Assembly (NCBI RefSeq): GCF_964204645.1
Contig: NC_134031.1
Location: 186,001-250,000, forward strand
Source: Tubulanus polymorphus
Lineage: Eukaryota; Animalia; Nemertea
DNA: 64,000 bases
Reading direction: 5' to 3'
Each line of letters begins with the position of its first letter. Position 1 is the first letter of the stretch. Below are positions 22,110 through 35,232 of the stretch, in pieces. The notes beneath the pieces were generated by a model, which searched no databases, was not told the origin of the DNA, and was given only the letters and a program-made list of their open reading frames with translations. Made by a program: the position numbers and the translations under genes.

Positions 22110-24146
22110 TTATTTATATCGATATTTTTTAACGCAGTCGTTGCCGAGGTCGACAACAATGACGTGTCCGTCGCTAAGACACGATAATCCGCTCGGTCGT
22201 TTCAGTTTATCGTCGTTACTGTCGATATTAAACGCGTGTTTCCCGTCCGAACCAAACACCTGAACGAAACTCCGCCCCTTTTCTGTACGAGTGGCTAAAA
22301 CAGCTCCCGATTGGTCGACGGTTACTCCTCCGTATTGACCTTTAGTATTATTAGACTCTGATATTATTTGTTTGATATATTTACCGTCTCGTGTAAACAC
22401 CTGTAATCTGTTATCGGCAACAATGATCTCGTCTCTAACGGTTACAGCCATCGAACTGATTAGTTTAAATTGTCCCGGTTTATCTCCTTTGATTCCTATT
22501 TTACTGATTAAACGACCGTTAGGTGTAAACACCAGTAATTTACCGATACCGTTATCAGCGACTATAATCTCACCTCGACTGCTTACGGCTACGTTTATCG
22601 GCTCCACAAATTCGGCAGACGTGAATCTCTGAATTTGTTCTCCGTTTCGCGAGATCTCCGTGATATGTTTAGTACGCCAGTTGACCACTAGGAGGTTACC
22701 GGTAGGTGTCATGGTGATACCCGTACCGCTCTGATGTTCCAGTCCGGTATCCGTGATATGATGTTGAAATGTTAATTCCGCGTTCAGTATTTTGATACGA
22801 CTGTTACCCGTATCTAACACGTATATATTATCGTCGCTATCGGTTACCACATTAACCGGTTGTATAAAGTTTAAACCGTTCGATCCTCTCGTTCCTAGTT
22901 TATAAATCGGGTTGTTATGTTGCGATATATTGATAATAAACGGACTTTCTTTAATCGGTCGATCGAAGATATTGATATTGAGAGTATGTTTACCTCCCGC
23001 TAGAGGAGTATAACAGATTTTATATGTTCCGTCGTCGCAGTCCGTTACTTTCACCGGAATCAGTTCATTTCTCTCGTTTCTTAATTCTACGACGATCGGA
23101 TCACCGCCGGTAGTACGAGGGTTACCGTGGTAATCTACCGTCGATACGTGTACCGTTGATCGTAGATGCGTTACGGCTGATCTGATTTGAGCGAATGAGA
23201 GCGCCGGGTAAGTTGTACTGATACGGATACGACCGAACGAGTTTAAACCGGTTATAATTCCCTGTAACGCCGTATTGTGTTTAAACTCGAATCGTAAGAA
23301 CGCGTTCTCGCGAGGTTCCGATAATAAACTCAACGCGTCCAGTTTCTCGTTTAAATCTCCGATTTTCTTCGTGATATTTCGAACTTCAACTTGATATTGC
23401 AAACCTTCGCATTCGTTTTGAACTTTAGATTTTTCGGCTTGTATCAAATCGAGTTGTTCTTTCAGACATTTTTTCTTGTCTTCGCGTAGTTTTCGACACA
23501 TTTGTAAAACGTCGTGACGTCTTTTATCGACCGTGTTGATTAAATCCTGAAATGTGCGATCGATAGCTTCCATCGTTTTATCGACGTTCGAGTCTAATTT
23601 CGTCATCTCGTCACTAACTATTTCACACGCGTTGTTTAAATTATGGATACATAAATGTGCTTTATACAGTAATATTTCCGACATACGTTTAATAGCGATA
23701 GAGAAAGGAATAACGGTATGTTCGAGGGCTCCGCGTCCGTTATGAGTTCCGCCCGTACATAGCGTGCAGAATACAGTATCGCACGACTCGCAGAATAATA
23801 ATTCCTGATTAGAATGATTCGAACATTTCGGGATGACGTCTCGTCGCTGAGACGCCATTAAATCTAGTAGTTGATTAACGATGAAACTAGGGGGCAGCGC
23901 GGTCACTCCTCCGCGAGGTATCGTGATAGTCTCGCGACATATCGGACATCGAAACGTTCCCGTATCTCGTACCTGTGATTCGGCGATACGAATTAAACAG
24001 TTTTTACAGACGGTGTGCGAACACGTGAGTAGTTTAGGCGTGTGCTCTCCGCTATCGTACTGACATAAACACGTTCCGCACGTCAGGAAACTATCGTTGA
24101 AATCCTCATAGTTTATGGACACGGTTTCTACGAGCGTAGACGACAT
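22110..24146 (-). CDS. TRIM-NHL E3 ligase (RING, B-box, coiled coil, filamin, NHL repeats), TRIM2/3-like invertebrate subfamily; 678 aa in one coding exon
   Basis: Uninterrupted ORF from ATG 24146 (MSSTLVETVSINYEDF). RING CGTC...CSHTVCKNC...CPIC; B-box CSNH...FCESCDTVFCTLC...H; filamin-type VDYHGNPRTTGGD...DGTYKICYTP...HTLNI; NHL repeats (PVNVVTDSDDNIYVLDTGNSRI, PSGLSCLSDGHVIVVDLGNDCV). An acceptor (tttcAG) precedes 24154, so upstream exon(s) exist. Confidence 0.95.
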   Translation of the reverse strand: MSSTLVETVSINYEDFNDSFLTCGTCLCQYDSGEHTPKLLTCSHTVCKNCLIRIAESQVRDTGTFRCPICRETITIPRGGVTALPPSFIVNQLLDLMASQRRDVIPKCSNHSNQELLFCESCDTVFCTLCTGGTHNGRGALEHTVIPFSIAIKRMSEILLYKAHLCIHNLNNACEIVSDEMTKLDSNVDKTMEAIDRTFQDLINTVDKRRHDVLQMCRKLREDKKKCLKEQLDLIQAEKSKVQNECEGLQYQVEVRNITKKIGDLNEKLDALSLLSEPRENAFLRFEFKHNTALQGIITGLNSFGRIRISTTYPALSFAQIRSAVTHLRSTVHVSTVDYHGNPRTTGGDPIVVELRNERNELIPVKVTDCDDGTYKICYTPLAGGKHTLNINIFDRPIKESPFIINISQHNNPIYKLGTRGSNGLNFIQPVNVVTDSDDNIYVLDTGNSRIKILNAELTFQHHITDTGLEHQSGTGITMTPTGNLLVVNWRTKHITEISRNGEQIQRFTSAEFVEPINVAVSSRGEIIVADNGIGKLLVFTPNGRLISKIGIKGDKPGQFKLISSMAVTVRDEIIVADNRLQVFTRDGKYIKQIISESNNTKGQYGGVTVDQSGAVLATRTEKGRSFVQVFGSDGKHAFNIDSNDDKLKRPSGLSCLSDGHVIVVDLGNDCVKKYRYK

Positions 24147-24899
24147 TCCAGATTCTGAAACGATACAAAATATAGAAAACAATTAATCATAGAATGAGCA
24201 CATCGGGCACACCTCAGAGTACACGCCCTAGTATTCAGGGCACACGCCCTAGCATTCAGGGCTCACGTCCTAGTATTCAGGGCACACGTCCTAGTATTCA
24301 GAGCACACGTCCGAGTATTCAGGGAACACGTCTTATCACTCAGATCTGCACACCTCAGGTTCAGTTTTAAATGAAACCACATTTTTGAAAAGAGGTTTTT
24401 GATACAGTAGCGTAGGATAGAAGAATGTGTTAGCAGGAATGTAATTATATTTGATTGAGGAGATGGTAAGGGGTAGAGGGAGGGATAGCACACAGTGAGA
24501 CAGGTGTAGAGGGAGGGATAGCACACAGTGAGACAGGTGTAGAATACAAACAGGTTATTACTGTACACAGTGAGAAACTGTTTAAACACCTACTCAGTAT
24601 TGATAACAATCGCATGAGGAGCTCAAGGAGGATGAGGAGCTCAAGGAGGAGGAGGAGCTCAAGGAGGATGATGTTGACGATGATGTAGAGGATGACAAGG
24701 ATGAGTTGGTTTTGATAATTCACCAGTAGCTCCCACCTCCTCGTCGCCGACCCAAGTCAGAGATAGTACGCTGGATTCATACAATGTGTGCAATCTGATT
24801 TTATTTTGTTTATCAATAATTATTTGGTTTATTCTATTTCATTGAATTAATGTTTAGAATTTCAATCAGCTCAAACAGTCAGTCAAGCTAGTGGTCAGT

Positions 24900-25247
24900 G
24901 TTTGTTGACATCAGGTGACCAGTTCCACCAATCACAGCTAGGGTTAGGGTTAAGGGCTGTTTGTTGATATCAGGTGACCAGCTCCAGCCAATCACAGCTA
25001 GGGTTAGGGTTAAGGGCTGTTTGTTTACATCAGGTGACCAGCTCCAGCCAATCACAACTAGGGTTAGGGTTAAGGGCTGTTTGTTTACATCAGGTGACCA
25101 GCTCCAGCCAATCACAGCTAGGGTTAGGGTTAAGGGCTGTTTGTTGACATCAGGTGACCAGCTCCAGCCAATCACAGCTAGGGTTAGGGTTAAGGGCTGT
25201 TTGTTGACATCAGGTGACCAGCTCCAGCCAATCACAGCTAGGGTTAG
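24900..25247. repeat. 60-bp minisatellite containing TTAGGG-type repeats, a CCAAT box and CAGGTG; about 5.5 copies
   Basis: Unit tgtttgttgacatcaggtgaccagctccagccaatcacagctagggttagggttaagggc. Confidence 0.93.
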
Positions 25248-25857
25248 TGCTGATTATTTCAAATTAGATGCCAGCTCGTGTTGTATAGCTAGTGTTGTTT
25301 AGATTAGGTGACTGGTATAGATAGAGAATTACTGATACCACGTATAAAAATATTATTATGTAAAATAATAATTGCACACTAGGGGCTGATAATATAATAC
25401 ATGTATACACAAATATATAGAATAGAGATAACAATACAATATAACATCAATACATCATCTATACATCACACATCTATACATCAATACATACATCTATACA
25501 TCATCTATACATCATCAATACAACAAAACATCAATACATCATCTATACAATATACATCTATACATCATCCATACATCACACATCTATACATCAATACATC
25601 ATCAATACAACATAACATCAATACAACAAAACATCTATACATCATCAATACAACATCTATACATCAATACAACATCTATACATCACACATCTATACATCA
25701 ATACATCATCTATACATCATCAATACAACAAAACATCAATACATCATCTATACATCAATACAACATCTATACATTTTAAAGTGTTGAGATATTTCACTGT
25801 CAGATCAAATTAATTGAATGATTCAACTTCATGTCACAATAGATTCAGTACAGAGTC

Positions 25858-26877
25858 CTTTACCTCTCCTAACTCAACCTCCCTCTTTACCTCTCCTAAC
25901 TCAACCTCCCTCTTTACCTCTCCTAACTCAACTTCCCTCTTTACCTCTCCTAACTCAACCTCCCTCTTTACCTCTCCTACACTCAACCTCCCTCTTTACC
26001 TCTCCTACACTCAACTTCCCTCTTTACCTCTCCTAACTCAACCTCCCTCTTTACCTCTCCTAACTCAACCTCCCTCTTTACCTCTCCTAACTCAACCTCC
26101 CTCTTTACCTCTCCTAACTCAACCTCCCTCTTTACCTCTCCTAACTCAACCTCCCTCTTTACCTCTCCTAACTCAACCTCCCTCTTTACCTCTCCTACAC
26201 TCAACTTCCCTCTTTACCTCTCCTAACTCAACCTCCCTCTTTACCTCTCCTACACTCAACCTCCCTCTTTACCTCTCCTAACTCAACCTCCCTCTTTACC
26301 TCTCCTAACTCAACTTCCCTCTTTACCTCTCCTAACTCAACCTCCCTCTTTACCTCTCCTAACTCAACTTCCCTCTTTACCTCTCCTACACTCAACCTCC
26401 CTCTTTACCTCTCCTAACTCAACCTCCCTCTTTACCTCTCCTAACTCAACCTCCCTCTTTACCTCTCCTAACTCAACTTCCCTCTTTACCTCTCCTAACT
26501 CAACCTCCCTCTTTACCTCTCCTACACTCAACCTCCCTCTTTACCTCTCCTACACTCAACTTCCCTCTTTACCTCTCCTAACTCAACCTCCCTCTTTACC
26601 TCTCCTACACTCAACCTCCCTCTTTACCTCTCCTAACTCAACCTCCCTCTTTACCTCTCCTAACTCAACTTCCCTCTTTACCTCTCCTACACTCAACTTC
26701 CCTCTTTACCTCTCCTAACTCAACCTCCCTCTTTACCTCTCCTACACTCAACTTCCCTCTTTACCTCTCCTAACTCAACCTCCCTCTTTACCTCTCCTAC
26801 ACTCAACCTCCCTCTTTACCTCTCCTAACTCAACCTCCCTCTTTACCTCTCCTGGCTCAACCTCCCTCTTTACCTCT
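25858..26877. repeat. 27-bp pyrimidine-rich minisatellite, about 1 kb
   Basis: Unit ctttacctctcctaactcaacctccct. Confidence 0.95.
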
Positions 26878-28087
26878 TCTGATTTAACCTCCTCCCTGAG
26901 AACCCATTCCCCTCGGTCTGTCTGTATCTGTCTGTATACTGCAAACTCATCAATATTACAGACTAGTTTAACTGAACAAACAGTGAACTTTACATCTGAC
27001 CAAATTCTAAACTCATTCAATTAGACTCATCATATAAACACTGAAATCTGACAGCAGACCGGGAGTGAAAGGGGAGTCACAGGGGAGTGAAAGGGGAGTC
27101 ACAGGGGAGTGATAGGGAGTGAGGGGGAGTGATAGGGAGCGAGGGGGAGTGATAGGGAGTTATAAGGAATGATGGGGAAATTGGGATTGAGGGGGAGTTA
27201 TAAGGAATGATGGGGAAATTTAAGGTTGGCACAATCTCGTGACTATTGACACAGTGGTTGTAGGGTTACATAAGCGGGCATTGCTGCTGCTGCTGCTGCT
27301 GCTGCTGCAATATCATCACGCAATAACCAATCATTCTCCAAACCCCCCACATGTAACAAGGAGGGAGGGGGTTAACCTGTTGGGGAGGGGGTAACCTGTT
27401 CTTACCTGTACTACAGAACCTCTGCATTCTATTCCTGCCTCGTTCTAGACGTAACCGTGGAAATGTATCTCCTCGTTTAGATAGAGCCATTGTTGGAGAG
27501 ATGGTAGATGAACCGGTCGGGAGAGCGCTGGGGTTTTAACCTGGTTTACCAGGGCCTCAATGAGTCACTGTATTAAATACCCTCGATATTCATCACAGAT
27601 TAACCTATAAAATTCACTTCTAGAATTCGTGAAATTTGTCGACAGTTTCACAACCTTGACCCTTATATTCACGCGGAAACCTCGACCTCGAGACCACACG
27701 AGCGACCTTGACCTTGAGACTGAGAGCAGACGTCAGCATCGATCGAACGAGAATTATCGGCAACACACGAGATCGGAAAAAAATATACCAGTATCCACGG
27801 TTACCGCGTAATAATCAGTCGTCACGGTAATATCCTGTAACAATTAATCGTCACGGTTACGATAGCCGCGAACAATCCATCGTCACGGTAACGATATCCT
27901 GTAACAATGTTTCATAATCAAGTGCCATGACAACGATCTGTTTCAACTCTTACTTGTTGAATCTGATCAAAGAAAGAATTTCAAAATTAGAAAGAGGAGA
28001 GAGAGGAGTAATACCAGACTAAGAGTTGAAACAGTGGCACAGTGACTGACTGACTGACAGTACCAGCAGTAACAGCAGCAGCAGTAA

Positions 28088-28118
<31 letters not shown>

Positions 28119-28794
28119 TACCACTGAGAGAGCTAGTACTGACTGCCGTACAAACACTAATACAGCTCTCAATCTATTTTTATATCTCTCTTCCTCCCGA
28201 GAGAAAGACAGGAAGAATTCATAACAGCAATCAGCAGCAAAAACCAACGAAACCTCCTCAATTCATTCCAACAGTCAGAAAATCAGCTAGTCCTGAGGAG
28301 GGGGCTAGTCGTAAGTGGGGACGAGGGGGGCTAGTTGTGAGGAGGGGGGCTAGTCGTGAGTGGGGACGAGGGGGCTAGTCCTGAGGAAGAAGGGAATATA
28401 GCGTCCTCTGAGTGAGGTATATCCAAATCACAAAGAATCCTTTATATCCTAGATATTGATGAAATAGTGAAGAATATTTAGAATCCTGTGTTAGTGTCGT
28501 TATTGCGCAGTAACTCACACACACACGAGACACACACTGAATGGTGTTTGTCAGGGTGATCTATCGCAACCCCACAGTACTGTACTGTACTGTACTGTAC
28601 TAACACAGCAGATGTCTCCAATCAAATATCGATAATCAATACATTTATATCATATCAAATATATCTATCAAACTGATGATTCAAAAAAAAATAATGAACG
28701 GATCATGAAAAAGCATTCTCTCTTAAATATAATCGAATAGAATTCTATAAGAAATCAAACTATCCTCATTTTGACGTCAATGTGTCAACTATAT

Positions 28795-29067
28795 TCAGTC
28801 CAGGGGGTTCAGTCAGGGGGGTTCAGTCCAGGGGGGTTCAGTCAGGGGGGTCAGTCCAGGGGGTTCAGTCAGGGGGGTCAGTCCAGGGGGGGGGGGGGGG
28901 TTCAGTCAGGGGGGTCAGTCCAGGGGGGGGTTCAGTCAGGGGGGTCAGTCCAGGGGGGGTTCAGTCAGGGGGGTCAGTCCAGGGGGGTTCAGTCAGGGGG
29001 GTCAGTCCAGGGGGTTCAGTCAGGGGGGTCAGTCCAGGGGGGGTTCAGTCAGGGGGTCAGTCCAGGG
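28795..29067. repeat. G-run repeat
   Basis: Alternating ttcagtcaG(n) and tcagtccaG(n) units. Confidence 0.9.
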
Positions 29068-29582
29068 AAGGTTAAGATTTTAATAGAATTCAAACCAACC
29101 TCATTTTTATCCATAGTCGAGTTATGGTCTATTCCGAATTCCAAGCAGCACCGAATTAAAGAACAGCTTCAACAAACAAACAAACAACAAACAAACAACA
29201 CACAGATATAAACAGAATTCTACTCACGAGAATCTGAACAGAGAATCGGAAGCAGCGAATCGGAAGAGTCAGCATCGATTCCGTCTCAAGATTCACAACT
29301 AGTTATTATCAATGATTACTTCAATATTTCCCATCAGTGTCTATTACTCACTAAACTAAAATACATCGTCTGAAATCATGCTTCCAGTTTTATATCAATA
29401 AATATTCAACATTCTTTCATACACGGCTTAACAAGAATTATAACCTTTCATAAAAAACTATTTATTCTCGTTACAAACACGAGAAGCTATTTCCAGCGCT
29501 GATCAACGTTGAATATTTCCTCATGTTTGAAAATATCAATGCTTTAAAAAAAATGTAAATATGGAACATATCATTGATAATA

Positions 29583-30362
29583 AAAAGGTTCCGATATAGC
29601 GTACGGATATAAAAAGGTTCCGATATAGCGTACGGATGTAAAAAGGTTCCGATATAGCGTACGGATGTAAAAAGGTTCCGATATAGCGTACGGATGTAAA
29701 AAGGTTACGATATAGCGTACGGATGTAAAAAGGTTCCGATATAGCGTACGGATGTAAAAAGGTTACGATATAGCGTACGGATGTAAAAAGGTTACGATAT
29801 AGCGTACGGATGTAAAAAGGTTCCGATATAGCGTACGGATGTAAAAAGGTTCCGATATAGCGTACGGATGTAAAAAGGTTCCGATATAGCGTACGGATGT
29901 AAAAAGGTTCCGATATAGCGTACGGATGTAAAAAGGTTCCGATATAGCGTACGGATGTAAAAAGGTTCCGATATAGCGTACGGATGTAAAAAGGTTCCGA
30001 TATAGCGTACGGATGTAAAAAGGTTCCGATATAGCTTACGGATGTAAAAAGGGTCCGATATAGCGTACGGATATAAAAAGGGTCCGATATAGCGTACGGA
30101 TGTAAAAAGGGTCCGATATAGCGTACGGATATAAAAAGGGTCCGATATAGCGTACGGATGTAAAAAGGGTCCGATATAGCGTACGGATGTAAAAAGGGTC
30201 CAATATAGCGTACGGATATAAAAAGGGTCCGATATAGCGTACGGATGTAAAAAGGGTCCGATATAGCGTACGGATATAAAAAGGGTCCGATATAGCGTAC
30301 GGATGTAAAAAGGGTCCGATATAGCGTACGGATGTAAAAAGGGTCCAATATAGCGTACGGAT
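29583..30362. repeat. 29-bp minisatellite, about 27 copies
   Basis: Unit aaaaagg(t/g)tccgatatagcgtacggatgt. Confidence 0.96.
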
Positions 30363-30611
30363 GTTAAAAGAGAGGTCGTGTGGATGATAAAGGGTTAATA
30401 ATGTTTACCAGGTAATTCACAGACTGATGACTAATACAAACAACAGCTTGCTTAAAAAATTCACAATCTGTCAAATAATTTTGATGGATGATATTTCTCC
30501 AAACGAGTCATCGCTGCTCATTTAATTCAAATTCAACCATTTCAGCTGTTTAATGTATAAAAACAGCACTGCCAGTCTGGAAACCTGTACACTGTAAACC
30601 TGTACACTGTG

Positions 30612-31372
30612 GAGAGAGTGGGGGAGAGAGAAGAGAGTGGGGGAGAGAGAAGAGAGTGGGGAGAAAGAAGAGAGTGGGGGAGAAGAGAGTCAGAGAGAGT
30701 AGAGAGTGGGGTAGAGAGAAGGGGAGAGAAGAGTCAGAGAGAGTAGAGAGTGGGGTAGAGAGAAGGGGAGAGAAGAGTCAGAGAGAGTAGAGAGTGGGGG
30801 AGAGAGAAGGGGAGAGAAGAGTCAGAGAGTGGGGAGAGTGGGGTAGAGAGAAGGGGAGAGAAGAGTCAGAGAGAGTGGGGAGAGTGGGGTAGAGAGAAGG
30901 GGAGAGAAGAGTCAGAGAGAGTGGGGAGAGTGGGGTAGAGAGAAGGGGAGAGAAGAGTCAGAGAGAGTGGGGAGAGTGGGGTAGAGAGAAGGGGAGAGAA
31001 GAGTCAGAGAGAGTGGGGAGAGTGGGGTAGAGAGAAGGGGAGAGAAGAGTCAGAGAGAGTGGGGAGAGTGGGGTAGAGAGAAGGGGAGAGAAGAGTCAGA
31101 GAGAGTGGGGAGAGTGGGGTAGAGAGAAGGGGAGAGAAGAGTCAGAGAGAGTGGGGAGAGTGGGGTAGAGAGAAGGGGAGAGAAGAGTCAGAGAGAGTGG
31201 GGAGAGTGGGGTAGAGAGAAGGGGAGAGAAGAGTCAGAGAGAGTGGGGAGAGTGGGGTAGAGAGAAGGGGAGAGAAGAGTCAGAGAGAGTGGGGAGAGTG
31301 GGGTAGAGAGAAGGGGAGAGAAGAGTCAGAGAGAGTGGGGAGAGTGGGGTAGAGAGAAGGGGAGAGAAGAGA
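30612..31372. repeat. 46-bp purine-rich minisatellite
   Basis: Unit gagagaagagtcagagagagtggggagagtggggtagagagaaggg. Confidence 0.95.
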
Positions 31373-32412
31373 AAAGGGGAGAGAGGCAAAAAAGCCACCA
31401 GTAAAACTCTCAGAATTAAATTCAAATTGTTTTTATTGGTAGTGTTTTGATTACATCACAAGAGACTGTAATAAATAACTATAAACTGGTGAGACGGCTG
31501 TGCTCCATGACGCACAGCGCTGTGCTCCGAGACGCTCAGCGCTGTGCTCGGTGACGCTCAGCGCCGTGCTGTGTGGTGGCCCACCGATCAGTCTGACAAA
31601 CATTATCATTACCATGGTAACAGTATTGCTGTCTGTAGGGTACGATAAAAAACCGATAATCACCACCAAAATGAGGCTCTCTTTAATTGATCATTTCACG
31701 CTTCACTAATTTCATTCCTCGCAGTTTTTTTACAAATTTTAAACGATATCGATATAAAATCCACGGTGGAACCAGGATCCAACTGTGGAACTGGGACCAG
31801 AAATGTGGAACAGTGACAGTGTAGAGAGAGATGAGAAGATGTAGTTTGTATAATGATGATTTTTTCTAGGTGGATAGAAACACGTGGATACAGCACACAC
31901 ACAGGTATGTAACGCACTATAGTGTGAGTGAATGGAAGATCAGGTGATGTTAGAATGATCCGATGTTTAAAACATGTTTAACACTATTTCTATCTTCAAA
32001 CAAAACGATGTCTTTTTCTTGTTGTTTCCTCTTTACACAACGTAAAACATTCAACAATTTCTCGGTAAAATGTTAACTTTTAAAATCTGAGAATCGTAAA
32101 CTAACAATGTGAAGGTCACTGAACTAAAAATTGGATACATTTCTTCACCAGGGTAGAATTTGATTTGAAGGTCAACAAGTTGTGGGAGAGCAGAACGTGG
32201 AAGAGTGGAACGTGGAAGAGAGAAACGTGGAAGAGTGGAACGTGGAAGAGGGGAACGTGGAAGAGTGGAACGTGGAAGAGTGGAACGTGGAAGAGGGGAA
32301 GTTTGATAAGTTGAAAAGAGTTTGAAAAAACCACTGTACAGTGCTGCCATCTAGCAACGGTCTTACAGCTTACATGTCAGTGCAAATATGAATGGCTAGA
32401 ATCACATATGTT

Positions 32413-32727
32413 GGGCTGGTCAGTTGACTGGTCACTGTGGGAACGGGCTGGTCAGTTGACCGGTCACTGTGGGAACGGGCTGGTCAGTTGACCGGTCACT
32501 GTGGGAACGGGCCGGTCAGTTGACCAGTCACTGTGGGATCGGGCCGGTCAGTTGTCCGGTCAGTGTGGGAACGGGCTGGTCAGTTGACCGGTCAGTATGG
32601 GAACGGGCCGGTCAGTTGTCCAGTCAGTTGTCCGGTCAGTATGGGAACGGGCCGGTCAGTTGTCCGGTCAGTGTTGGAACGGGCCGGTCAGTTGTCCGGT
32701 CAGTGTGGGAACGGGCCGGTCAGTTGA
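32413..32727. repeat. Approx. 32-bp minisatellite
   Basis: Unit gggccggtcagttgaccggtcactgtgggaac with variants. Confidence 0.9.
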
Positions 32728-33236
32728 CTAGATTATCTAATCTAAATCTAATGAATACTTACTCTTTTTTTGCTGTAGTTTAAGTAGAGTATGAAGAGGG
32801 CTGGGAGCAGAAACTACAGCTGTGACAGGGCTGCCGACGAGGCTGCTGACAGGGCTGCTGACAGGGCTGCTGGGATTCACTGTGTCACTCGACATTGAGA
32901 TCTGATAATACAACTACTATCAAATAAATTACTGAAAATACAGAAAATAAAGCAAAAGCTGTACATTCATCGGCAACATTCAAAGCAGAAAAGGTTCAGT
33001 GGGTATAAACAGCAGCGGACGCAGCTCAGCACAACTGTTGTGGAACTGTGGAACTGAGTCCTAAAATATAACAGTTTTATAAAAACTTCGAGGCATTCAA
33101 ATTTCATAGCAAATAAAATGTATTTGTGTGATAGAGATTAAGAGTGTGAGGGAGGATTCAACCATTAATTATAAAAAACAAATACATTTCTGTCGATGGA
33201 AATTACATGCATCATGCTAGGTATATACATACATCA

Positions 33237-33716
33237 CCCTCCCCAACTCCCTCTCCCCCTCCCCAACTCCCTCTCCCCCTCCCCAACTCCCTCTCCTCAA
33301 CTCCCTCTCCCCCTCCCCAACTCCCTCTCCTCAACTCCTCTCCTCAACTCCCCTTCTCAAACCATCTCCCCTCATCAACTACCTTTCCCCAATTCCTCCC
33401 CTCAATTCCCTCTCCCCTCCAACTCCCTCTCCCCAACTCCCTCTCCTCAACTCCCCTCCTCAAACCATCTCCCCTTCTCAAACGATCTCCCCTCTTCAAC
33501 TCCCTCTCCCCAACTCCCTCTCCCCCTCCCCAACTCCCTCTCCTCAACTCCCCTTCTCAACTCCCTCTCCCCCTCCCCAACTCCCTCTCCCCAACTCCTC
33601 TCCTCAACTCCCCTCCTCAAACCATCTCCCCTTCTCAAACCATCTCCCCTCATCAACTACCTTTCCCCAATTCCTCCCCTCAATTCCCTCTCCCCTCAAA
33701 CTCCCTCTCCCCAACT
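33237..33716. repeat. CT-rich low-complexity repeat
   Basis: Variants of ccccaactccctctccccct. Confidence 0.9.
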
Positions 33717-34404
33717 CAGTTCATGCACAGTTTTATTTATGTAATGAAAGGCAAAAATCTTCAAAGCATCTTTTTTCACATCTGTACAAATTATTATCAC
33801 AATAACAGCAGCAATAGCGGCAAGCAAATGTTGGGTGTGGTGTGGCGGGGGGTGTGGTGTGGCGGGGGGGTGGGGTGGGTGGGGGTATGGCGGTGTGTGG
33901 TGTGGCGGCGGGGGGGGGGGGGGGGTGGTGGTGGGAGGGCTTTACGTACACATACACGCATGTTTATCCCTACAAGTAAATTCTCTGAGTTCTCAGAGTG
34001 TTTCACACTTAATCAACACGTTTAAATCATGTCTAGACCTGACTCCTCAATGACTCCTCAATGACTCCTCAATGACTCCTAGATGATACTAATTGTTCGA
34101 GAGTACTAGAAATTATATCCATAGAAATTTATTCATAATGAATAAACGCTTTTATATTCTGAAAACCAAATCACATCAACTGGATGCCTCTTTATCTGAC
34201 AGAAAAATGTTCCATAATTCAGTATTTTTGAGAGGAGAGTGAGAGTAGAGAGTGAGAGAGGAGAGTGAGAGAGAGAGGAGAACAGCATCTATTATTGGAA
34301 AAATGTCACTAGATGATTTTTCTGTTGCTGCTGCTGATGATCATCTTGTTATAATCAGTTTTTGCTGATTCGCAGAATAAGTGGAACGCAAGAGTATTGG
34401 ATAC

Positions 34405-35232
34405 ATACAGAATACAGCAGCCCCGCGGGCAGTCCAGTTACAAATACAGAATACAGCAGCCCCGCGGGCAGTCTAGTTACAAATACAGAATACAGCAGCC
34501 CGGCGGGCAGTATAGTTACAAATACAGAATACAGCAGCCCCGCGGGCAGTCTAGTTACAAATACAGAATACAGCAGCCCCGCGGGCAGTCTAGTTACAAA
34601 TACAGAATACAGCAGCCCCGCGGGCAGTATAGTTACAAATACAGAATACAGCAGCCCCGCGGGCAGTCTAGTTACAAATACAGAATACAGCAGCCCCGCG
34701 GGCAGTATAGTTACAAATACAGAATACAGCAGCCCCGCGGGCAGTATAGTTACAAATACAGAATACAGCAGCCCCGCGGGCAGTATAGTTACAAATACAG
34801 AATACAGCAGCCCCGCGGGCAGTATAGTTACAAATACAGAATACAGCAGCCCCGGGGGCAGTATAGTTACAAATACAGAATACAGCAGCCCCGTGGGCAG
34901 TCCAGTTACAAATACAGAATACAGCAGCCCCGCGGGCAGTATAGTTACAAATACAGAATACAGCAGCCCCACGGGCAGTATAGTTACAAATACAGAATAC
35001 AGCAGCCCCGAGGCAGTATAGTTACAAATACAGAATACAGCAGCCCCACGGGCAGTCTAGTTACAAATACAGAATACAGCAGCCCCGCGGGCAGTATAGT
35101 TACAAATACAGAATACAGCAGCCCCGTGGGCAGTCCAGTTACAAATACAGAATACAGCAGCCCCGCGGGCAGTATAGTTACAAATACAGAATACAGCAGC
35201 CCCACGGGCAGTATAGTTACAAATACAGAATA
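34405..35232. repeat. 39-bp minisatellite, about 21 copies
   Basis: Unit acaaatacagaatacagcagccccgcgggcagtatagtt. Confidence 0.96.

Noticed and set aside
24147-24182. N-terminal extension MFSIFCIVSESG of the TRIM ORF
   Set aside because: It starts at a non-ATG codon inside the polypyrimidine tract of an intron; the acceptor is at 24154.
24590-24796. Minus-strand Ser- or Leu-rich stretch as a coding exon of the TRIM gene
   Set aside because: Each frame lacks a clean start-to-donor path; at most a 5' UTR exon.
24940-25247. True telomere or chromosome-fusion scar
   Set aside because: Only 2-3 degenerate TTAGGG units per 60-bp repeat, with no long or head-to-head array.
29536-30348. 270-aa ORF and CRISPR-like appearance of the 29-bp repeats
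   Set aside because: Head-to-tail repeats with no unique spacers, no cas genes, and a eukaryotic context.
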